Assembly (NCBI GenBank): GCA_951406725.2
Contig: OX597814.1
Location: forward strand, 118,606,001 to 118,670,000
Reading direction: 5' to 3'
Length of the DNA: 64,000 bases
DNA from: Octopus vulgaris
Taxonomy: Eukaryota
A model generated the notes under the pieces. That model was not told where the DNA came from, made no database searches, and saw only the letters and a list, made by a program, of their open reading frames with translations. Below, in pieces: positions 53,771 to 64,000 of this stretch (position 1 is its first letter; each line of letters starts with the position of its first letter). Made by a program: the position numbers and the translations under genes.

Positions 53771-55789
53771 AATGGACCGGCAGATAATATAATATCAGAT
53801 AATATTACGAAGATATGTTTCGAAAAACATTTGATAAAATCAAATAAAACTAAATTTTTGTCCTTTTTATGAAAGATATTCTTGGATGCATTGTTGATGG
53901 AAATATTTCATAAAATTTATCGTGGATAATATAACTATATCACAGGAATATAAATATGAAACAGATAAAAATATAAATAGTACCATATCTGTTTGCCTAC
54001 GTGCAAAGTGATTGACACAGGTAATATATTTAGTGAAGGTATCTCCAGGAGGATAAAAATTACATTGCAGTTTCGTAAATTTCGCTGCATAGAACAAGTT
54101 TGGAAAGTGTGCTGTTTACATAGTAATAACAGAATTCATAGCATGTGATTTTGAAAGATGTCTAGATTTGAAATCCTACAGCTTTAGAGGATAGAAGGAA
54201 AAATCCAGAGCAAATAATGCCAAATCACATGACTTAAATCTGTAAAAGAGTCGGAAAGTCAGCTACATTTTCATTATTTTCTTTCTTACTTTATATAGGA
54301 TGAAGAGGATCTTAACTAGATGAATACTGTTATTAACATTTACATAAAATACGTAATATAAAAATAAAGTCCAACCCTTCCTCAAAGCGGTAGGGTGGTG
54401 TAAACGGGCAGCGTCGGAGCTATGCCGTCGGGAACTTCCGTATTAGAGCCGCAGCCTGGATAAAATTCTAAGAGGTGTCTGATCGGCAACCAGCGGCTTC
54501 GAGTTCGTTCGGTCCCTGTGTAAACTCCGCGGCAAACAGAGCGTCTCATCACTCGGGATATGCATGCGGGATGTCGGGGACCACTTCTGAATTCAATATT
54601 CCGACGACACTTTTTCTATGCCGTCAGGACCAGAAAAATATCCGGCTCAACCCGCCCTGGGTGTACGCAATCACAAGTAAATATATAAATAAAGAATGGC
54701 ATCTAAATTTTGATTTCTAGAACTTTTCTTCCTACAAACTAACCGAATGTAGAAAAATGTGAAGGTATGTAGATTGCCGAGCTCGTCTATCTTAATAATT
54801 ATTATAAATGGGAAACAAATATATGTATGGATGGATGGATGTAAAACGCTGATGACCCAGTGAGTTTCGGTGATTATAAAATCCTGTCAACACTGATGTT
54901 CAACAGGTTCGTGCTCACTAAAGACGTGAAAGCCCTTCAGTACGTGTCTCAGACACCATGTTCCAAGAGAGTCACCTGCGAAAACACAAGTTAGGTCTCA
55001 TCTGACTGTGAGACACGTATATCTGCGTTGTTATACTTCATTAGTTGCAGACACAGTATCTGTTTTTAACAGAATGCCGTTCTTAGACGAAAATAGTTAA
55101 TAAAATGAATTCGTTTCTATAACTTATGACCAGTGATGAATAAATAAAGCTGTGAAATATATATATAACAGATTCGTGTAGATTGCCTTTGAAATTTCTA
55201 GTAGTAATTCACTTTACAGGCAATATGAGTGATGCTAAAACACGGACCTGAGCTGAGATATTGCCAACAGATTGTAAGCCCCGTGTTTATGCATACATAT
55301 GCCTAATCAATATTCATACGTGATTTTCTTCCTGCACAGGTCTCTAAGAACTGCCGTTTTTACATGTAAACAACAAAATTTATTTGCTGGCCCGTGCGAA
55401 ACTTTGTCAATGGGAAATTATTTAATTAGATGTATAAATTTAAATGACTAAAACTACCATATTTATATTTCATAACTTCGCATGTACGGAATATATAGAA
55501 AATCTCTCTCTCTCTCTCTCTCTCTTCCTCTCTCTTTCTCTCTGTTATTTGCACCGTATTCAATATCTGTACAGTTGAGAGAAGTGTATACACGGACGTG
55601 TTGCATATAAATGTACGCCAATTCACAAACTCACATATACAAGTACACATGCGTTTAGATACGTCTTTCAATATGCAAATACAAAGACACGTACCAAGTA
55701 ATGTATTATATATAAATGTATGTGCATTTGCGCGTGCGAGCGCGCGTGTGTGTATGTGTGTGTGTATGTGTTGTTCCGAATTTTGTCCT

Positions 55790-56572
55790 GCAATGTGTAA
55801 CCTTGGGCAAGTGTGCCTTCTGATATAGCCTCGGGCCTTGTGAATGGATTTGGTAGGGGGAAGAAAAAGGAGCCCGTCGAATATATGTATATAAATCCTT
55901 AAATCTTTAAAGATGTTTCAGCCCGAAGGCTGCGGCCATGCTGGGGCACCACCGTTGAATGAGCAACAGTAGTATGTGAATCCACCTCTGATACGTGGCA
56001 CTTGGTCGACAAGGGAGTTCGATGCCACTGCCCGCATCTGTGTCTCCTGTCGAGAGGTAGGTTCATCTGGGACCCCCGACAAGAAGAGATCTAGTTTAAT
56101 TTTAAAGAAACCCACATCCACACCATGCAAGTCTCTCAGGCATTTAGGGAGGATGTTGAATAGGTGCGGTCCTCTGAAACCCAAGCTGTTGCAGTATCTG
56201 GTCCTGTATTTTGATGGTGATGTTGGAATCTTTGGCACCATGCAGTGGCGCCCCGTTCTGCGGTTGAGGTAACTTTGAATGCCAAAGTGTGGGACAAGAC
56301 TCTCCAGGAATTTCTAGATGTATATCACTGCATATCGCTCCCGCCTTCGCTCTAGGGAGAAGAGTTTTAATACTTTCAGTCTTTCTCAGTATCTGATATG
56401 TTGCATTGAGACGATCTTCTTAGTTTAGCTTCTTTGAATTGCTTCTAGTTCTGCAGTTAGCTTTATATTGTGTGGTGATCATAGTTGGGAGCAGTAGTCC
56501 AAGCGGCTAAGGACGAAAGTTTTCCAAAGGACCATCAGTGTCTCCTTCTCTCATGTTCTGAAATTTCGTAGA

Positions 56573-56627
<55 letters not shown>

Positions 56628-56840
56628 TGTGAGTATATGTGTGTGTTGCCTGTGTATATGCTTGTATCTGTGCGTGTGTGTATGTTTTTCTGTCAGTGGT
56701 TATTCGCTACAACCGATTAACATCCAGTACTGGCAAGTTTAAGTTCGCGAAAGTTAAAGGTTTCGGAAAAGAAAATGATAGCAAAAAAAGCAACAGCATA
56801 GCCGCACTTTAATGACTAAAGCAAGCACATGATAAAAGAT
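55790..56840 (+). mobile_element. SINE C interrupted in its internal microsatellite by a LINE fragment
   Basis: 5' part 55790-55890; diverged 3' part ~56700-56840 ending CAGCATAGCCGCAC...ATGACT. Confidence 0.55.
55893..56573 (-). mobile_element. CR1/L2-group LINE 3' end
   Basis: LWKTFVLSRLDYCSQL...LFSLERRRERY...GPHLFNILPKCLR...FKIKLDLFLSGVPDEP; short tandem tail. Confidence 0.9.
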
Positions 56841-57050
56841 ATGTATGTTGGCAGAGATTTATACGCGCATGTATCCATGTAGGCAAATATGTGTATATTT
56901 ATATACATGTATATGCGGTTGTGTTTTTTTTAAAGAACGCGTTTTGTGAACAAATATGTAAGAATGAAGGACGCGTAAATTAAGCTGAAAACGCTGTCTA
57001 GTTAGAAAAGTTCTTTATAGCGAATTTTCCCCTCAATCATCCTCTCAGCG

Positions 57051-57245
<195 letters not shown>

Positions 57246-58302
57246 TATTTAATTTAAATTAAACGCCACGATTCCATTTCCAAGTAAGTTTCTCTCCATC
57301 TTTTGGATGCCACTCTCTACTCTATACTGACTTGTTCCTCCATCCTTCTCTCATTCCCTTTTTGTCTCCTCTCTCCTCCACCGTTTTCTATGTGCCTCTT
57401 TCTCTTTTACTTTCTCCCTCTCTCATTGCTCAGACGCGACCATCGTCCATCTTTCTTTTCCTGCATGGACCTTCAAACGAACGGACGTGTTTCTCTCTCT
57501 CTCCCTCTCTCTTCTATCTTTTCTTTCCTTTTTCCTAACGAATGTTTCTCCCAGTATTCACTATTTTTGTCTCGTCCTTGTCAAATGACCCTGCATGTTT
57601 GTTTTCGTTCGGTTTACACTGTCATTCTTTTATTCCCAGCTTTGACCCTCCATTCATTCTAAATTTTACTTTACAATTTATGGGAGCAACTCTGTCTCTG
57701 AGGGCTCATATTGTCACTGAATGCTCGAAATGAGGAGTAGATAGATAGCTGAGAACTGATATAGTGTCCTTCTTCTGTGTTAACTTGTCCTGTTTTACAT
57801 TTTTTCACGTTGTTTCCGTTTATCGCGAGATCCCCCCCCCCCCATTTACCTACGTATTTCATGCTATTTGCAACATTGGTGACGTCCTGTAGCCACATAT
57901 GCATGCATATATATATATTATCAATAATAATAATGGGTAAAATTAATTAATGAATTAATAATTAATAATTTTACCAAGTAGTTCAGTATGTTAAAAGAAC
58001 CATTACCGGTAACCTTATACATAAATTCAATAATTATAAGCTTAAATATAATTAGGGTTTAGGAAAAATTGCGTCACTACATACTGAAATTTAAAAATAG
58101 CAGTTGTTTTAATTGTAATTGAAGAAAGATAGCATAAAACTAGTAGCAATATTCTGCGGGTCATAGAGGAAGCTGGGATAATTTCAAGAAATAAATATTA
58201 ACATTTACCGATAATCGCAAATCTGATGCAATTACACTTGCTTTTCGTTAATTGTGATCTACTTGAATGAATAAAAAAAAAATGTTACTCTTTTATTCAT
58301 TT

Positions 58303-58615
58303 TCTCTTTTATTTGTTTCAGTCATTTGACTGCGGCCATGCTTGAGCAGCTCCTTTGGTCGAGCAAATCATCCCCAGGACTTTTTTTTTGTAAACCTAGT
58401 ACTTAGTCTATCGATCCCTTTTGCAGAACCGCTAAGTTACGGAGTTGTAAACACACCAGCACCGGTTGTCAAGCAATGTTGTGGGGGGAGACAAACACAT
58501 ACACATATATATATACATATACATATATACGACAGGCTTCTTTCAGTTTCCGTCTACCAAATCTACTCACAAGGCTTTGGTCGGCCCGAGGCTATAGAAG
58601 AAGACATTTACTCAA
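58303..58615 (-). mobile_element. SINE C
   Basis: TTTGTTTCAGTCATTTGACTGCGGCCATGC...GGTCGGCCCGAGGCTATAG. Confidence 0.85.
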
Positions 58616-59764
58616 AGGGCCAAATATATTATATGCTGACCATTATCCAATCGACTATGTTTTAATGAACATCAAGAAAAATACTCCCCAAATTCTGTAA
58701 CGGTCAGAAATGATTCTAGAATTTATGCAATGTTTATGATAATGATTGAATTACCTGCTTCGTTCTGAAGTTTATTTACCTGATGCATGTTAACGCACGT
58801 ATTACTTCATAAGAGTATATATCTGCAAACATAAATCAACCTTCAAAAATTAACAAACTGATGGCTCATATTTTCTGTGAATGACGCGTTGTACTACAGT
58901 TACTGCTAAGTTTGCTTTTGGAGTTAAAATTTGATTTACTATATTTAATCTCGTTCTCAAATGTAGTTAATGAAAGAATACTGAAAAAAGTAAGCAACGT
59001 GAAGGATGTTTTCTTCGCCACAGTATATCAAATAAGATATTAAAATAGCGGGGATTAATATGTTACATAGAACATACATGCGATACGATAGATCAAGAGA
59101 TTTTCAAGCTTCAGTTGTTCGCCATTTTATAGTGCAAATATCAGCAAATATCACTTATAAAAATATGAACATTAAATGATCTTATAATCGAATAAATTGC
59201 GTGAGGAAGACAATCAATATCTATTTCCATTAATGGGATATTGTTGGAAGAAAGTTCAAACATTTCACATCAAAGAATATAAAAATAGCATTAATAAAAA
59301 GAAATACGTACGATATTACTAATGACAATGGAGATATTATGAATGAAATCCAAATACAAAGGATGGTTTGAAACCGAATGCGGTAGGCCGTTAATGAAAG
59401 TTTATATGGGCCTCACCACTTAAAGAAAAGGTTTAACATACATACTATGTATGGTTAGTTATGCAAATTCCGATACATGTGCACACATATATACACGCAC
59501 AAAAGTATTCCTTTCTCGTAGACATGCAAAGCAATGTAGATATCAGCAGGTTTCATTTTCAATCTCACCAATTGTTACTTCTGCAAGTGAATCTAAATGC
59601 AGCTCCCGTGTGTGTCATATCAGCGCAGGTGTTGTTTTGAAGGTGCGCGTGCTCGCATGTGGGCATGCCATGATCGGACATTTAATTACTTGTATGTTGA
59701 GAAGACCAATTTACTTCAAATTTTGTGTTTATAATACTGGTTTTATAAAATTGGATTCAAGTAT

Positions 59765-59930
59765 TGGCTAAAGGCCAGCAATTTCTTGGACTGGCTGGAA
59801 ATCGTTCACTCAACAGGTATTTATGTTATCATCTTCGAAAGGATGAACGGCAAAGTTGACTGCAGCGGAATTGAAGTCTGAAACTAAAGTCGCTAAGCAT
59901 TTTGTCAGGCGCGGAGGCAATTTTGCACAC
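59765..59930 (-). mobile_element. Degenerate SINE B
   Basis: AAGGCCAGCAATTT...GAAAGGATGAACGGCAAAGTTGAC...GCTAAGCATTTTGTC. Confidence 0.55.
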
Positions 59931-61722
59931 CATATAGAATTCTGTTTGTTGATACTTAAAAACACGTGTTGGAATGTAGAAAAGTTTCCTTCCCCATTTT
60001 AAATGCACACAACGGTGTTAAAAACGACTTTCTAAAAATTATAATAGTATCATCTAAAATATATGGATACTTACTCTATTACATGATAGTACACAAATGA
60101 TGCTTTGTTATCAAAGCAGTATATAATTAATACAAACATATACAAATGTGTATATGTGTGCTTATTTCTGGTGTGTATGTGTGTGTTTGTGAGTGTGTAT
60201 CAATGTAAATATACATGTATATGCATATATGTCAAGAACAATATTTAGCGAATTACGTTTTTTTTTTTTTGTTTTTTAGGTGTTTACAATTGTTTCATCA
60301 TCTTCAATTAAATAAACGTTGCTTAATGTTGTTACCATTTCCGCAACTTCTGGTTTATCTCTGTGGACTGAAAAATCGCACCATGTTCGAATCAGCAAAT
60401 CTGAATGTTACCTAAACCAATAAGCTTATTCACTTTCTAATTTCACCGGAAGTTGTATATACCCTTTTAATATAACCGTAAGTAGGCAGTCATAATTAAG
60501 CAAATCAATAGAAGAGTATTATAGCTACCTACTGAAGATTAGATTAACATAGTATATTTGCTTTTGCTGTGATTGAAAAATCAATTAGTTTATTGTTTAT
60601 TGTGACGTTTGGAAGTGTTGTCTTCAACATCGTTTGCCACGGACTGATTTCACATTGTAGGTAAATAAATCAGTACTTATTGGTGTACATGATAACGTAA
60701 TGATGCAAGATTGGTTTAATTCAATTTAGTGAAGCAATTGTAAACTAAGCAATAGGCGCAGTCAGTTAACTCTATTCTTCGATGTTCTTTGGTTATATAT
60801 ATTTGACAGATGTCTGGTGTGTTTCCCGTGCCATGACTTCCTGGAAGATCTCCCTACTTTTGACCATCCGAGCAAGTCTGTCCTGAGGCACACTCCTGAA
60901 TTATTCATACCAGTTCATATTCTATATATGTTTATAGCCAGTACAGTGAAAAATGAACATAATTGCATACAAGGAAGACGACAATAATTTATAAATATTT
61001 CTCAACATCTCTCTCGAAACAATAACGCTGTCAAATATTACATGGTTACGGTGATATATGCATACATACATACATACATACATATACAGATAAACACACA
61101 AACACATACAAGCACAAACACACACACAGCATATTCTACAGAAGAAAATATATGTATTCACATACATACATATATACAAGTATATATATACGTATGTATG
61201 TATATACTTTTTTCAGTAATTTTTTCTTGTTTCGAAATCTTATCCAAGTATAGGCAAGTATCTATACAATTATATCCTCTATTATTTAGCTTAATGTTTA
61301 AAATAAAATGTAATTTTCATAAGCAAATCGGTTCAAAATTTATAGCATAATTATATAAAAAAATAGTATTTATTTGTATCGTAAAACTAAGTTTTCGATG
61401 CAAATGGCAATTATACACCAACATATACACTTCTATATATATTCTTGAACAATATATCTATACACACACATGTAAGCACATATGTGTGTGAATACGAAAT
61501 TTAGATACAAATTCATATATAAATGTGTGTATATATGTATGTGTGTGTGCATATATATACATATATATATGCATATATATATATATACATTTATACATAG
61601 ATAAACAGATGGATAGATAGATACATACATACATAGATACGTCGTCTTGTTTGATATAGTTATTTTTAATTTTCATTTATTTGATTAGACTATATATGCT
61701 TTTGTGCGCATGTGTATGTGCA

Positions 61723-61755
<33 letters not shown>

Positions 61756-62433
61756 TTTGTGTGTGTCTAGTGTAACATATTTGTATATGTACGTATATTT
61801 CTTCTAAGTTCGGGAAAGAATACTAATAGACAAATGTGAAAACACTTAATACGATCTTAAATAATTCATGACAATATCTCTAAAACTATATTCTCTTTTG
61901 TTTTTCCCTTCAATTCTTTCAGCTTCATGTAATTTAAAGTTCGCCATATTCATCGTATAACTTTCCAAAACATATTGCGTTACCTTCCTTTCTCTAAATT
62001 CAATCTGCCTTCTTGGTATTTTGGTAAAGGCTAACTATCTACAATTCCTCTAATATTTTTGTCTCAACGTATATATTTTTATCATTATATTTATATGTAT
62101 TATTCATGTATCTTATCAAATGCAAATTATAGCGAAAAACTAATTTCTGTTATGGAAACTTAAATTTTCTCAGCTCATATATGAATAATCTCACACCGAG
62201 TCATACACAAATTTAGAATATCTTTACATTTATATATAAATGGCTCCTTCTTTCAACCTATCACGTATACTAACCGATATTTATGTTATATTAAGTTTTT
62301 AATATTGCATTTAGTTTTCTCTGCATATAATCATCTCTCTCTCTCCCCACCCTTTATTTCGCTCTACACACCCACACATATGTATATAAGTGTGTATTTA
62401 TATGCGCATGCTGCATATAATTTAATGGTGTGA

Positions 62434-62478
<45 letters not shown>

Positions 62479-62819
62479 CACAGTCATGCATACAATTATA
62501 TGCAGCATACGCATATAAATACACATTTATATGCATATGTGTGGGTGTGTAGAGCAAAATAAAGGGTGGTAGAGAGTGAGAAGGGTGATTATATGCAGAG
62601 AAAACTAAATGCAATATTAACAACTTATATATATATATTTAGATATGTATATACACAGATATTTATGTACACAGAAATGATAATATATATAGACTCATAA
62701 TCATTGAAATTTATTTACATCTAAAATTATTCATGCAAAATATTTATTAATTGTTATCATGTGGATATTTAATATCTATTAGACATGCCCTTTGCATATT
62801 ACCGATCAAATGACAAATA

Positions 62820-63780
62820 TCGTCTTGCGAAATATCTGGCCAAATTTCATGCGGTGGCCCCAAACTTTCTGGCTTTGAAGATGCTTTCTTTTCCTCTTTA
62901 CGCTGTGTCCTATCCATTATAACCCAGAGGTGTGCAATAGGGTATATATCTGGGGATTGGTTTGGACACGGAAGCTTTTAATGTCATTCTAATTCAACAA
63001 ATCTTGAGTCCTTTTAGCAGTGTAACAAGGAGCCCCATCTCCCATAAATAAAGAGTATTTTTAATAATTTCACCACTCGAGAAGTTTAGAAGGAGACCTT
63101 TCTGCAATATGGACATATATTTGTATTATTTAATTTTTCCCTCATATTCCATCAGCTCTGATCTATCACTGTTCCAAATTGGTACCCAGACCCTCACAGA
63201 TGCCGTGTTTCGTTGTTGTTTGCAAACTTTTCACATCAAATTAGCGATCACAGTGTCTCCACACCAACACCCACCCACTGTCTGGAAATACAGTAGATCT
63301 TGACTCATTAGAGAATATAACTGTGTCCCAAAATGCTAGTAGCCTCCTCACCATCTCACTGGCCGCATTTTGACTCCGCTTGATTTTGGCTGGTCGAAGA
63401 AGTGGCTTCCTTCTTGCTGCTCTACCATTGTAGCCAAGTTTACGGAGATACCTGACATCGTATTCTGCTATGTGAGAAGACTTGTAACGAAGATTATCCT
63501 CCATACTTCTCTTAACAAAGAGAAGGGTCCAGTCTGAGGGATCTGATTAATTTCGTTGAGGTGATGTGGATTTCTTCCTCTGTCTGGTGATTCGCAGAAT
63601 TACTATATTAACTGTAGAAAGCTGGATCCGAAGGTTTTCTGCGAGTTTACGTTGAGTCCCTCCACCTTCAGTTTCACCATAAATACGGCCTTTTTGAAAT
63701 TCAGACAGTTGCTAAGCTTCTTTTGTACGTGGTATGATTAAACAATCTCATATAGAACCTGAAACATAAAATTGTCAATT
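62820..63780 (-). mobile_element. Tc1-family transposase remnant
   Basis: LRKLGYNGRAARRKPLL...WDTVIFSNESR...VWR; later QSPDIYPIAHLW (resembles SPDLNPIEHLW). Stops and frameshifts are present. Confidence 0.85.
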
Positions 63781-64000
63781 AACAAAAGATATAAACATTT
63801 ATAAGTTAAAATAAACATAAAACGATATTTCATGGCTTGTAAGTTTACTTCTGTCACATCTGTGTATATGTGTGTGTGTGTATGAGTATGTTTATTATGT
63901 ATCTGTGTCTTTGTATATTTGCGTCTGTGTGTGCGTGAACAGGCGGGCTTGTATGTGTTAAGACAACGGTGATCTGACAGAAATAAGTCAGAATGATCAT

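Noticed and set aside
54848-54880. CTGATGA core word
   Set aside because: No downstream stem II/GAAA arrangement.
57915-58260. (TA)-anchored AT-rich segment with TTACCGGTAA palindrome
   Set aside because: May be another family member, but no HHR core or inverted arm could be identified.
60805-60920. GC-richer exon-like block after TTTGACAG
   Set aside because: Early stop codon, no clear donor site and no recognisable peptide; cannot be supported without RNA data.

Overview
AT-rich, microsatellite-dense eukaryotic non-coding DNA. The SINE types and (TA)n density suggest a coleoid cephalopod such as Octopus (inference). No host protein-coding exon, rRNA, true tRNA or CRISPR array is supportable, and most ORF-track entries are translated microsatellites. 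The window is a mosaic of tRNA-derived SINEs (three families) and decayed LINEs (CR1/L2-like, RTE, R4/Dong-like REL). It also holds a Tc1 remnant, a mariner MITE, a Helentron-like element and an ORF1-only retroelement. The main hidden signal is about 14 minimal type I hammerhead ribozyme (HHR) motifs, intact to degenerate, in several unrelated sequence families. Most have a tiny self-complementary stem III, and almost all point with their 3' side into a (TA)n tract. Several sit in head-to-head foldback inverted repeats, and one lies directly downstream of a Penelope-like GIY-YIG remnant. Together these suggest a diverse (TA)n-associated Penelope-like element (PLE)/HHR system. All calls were made by eye; coordinates are approximate to a few bases, and no folding or database search was run.
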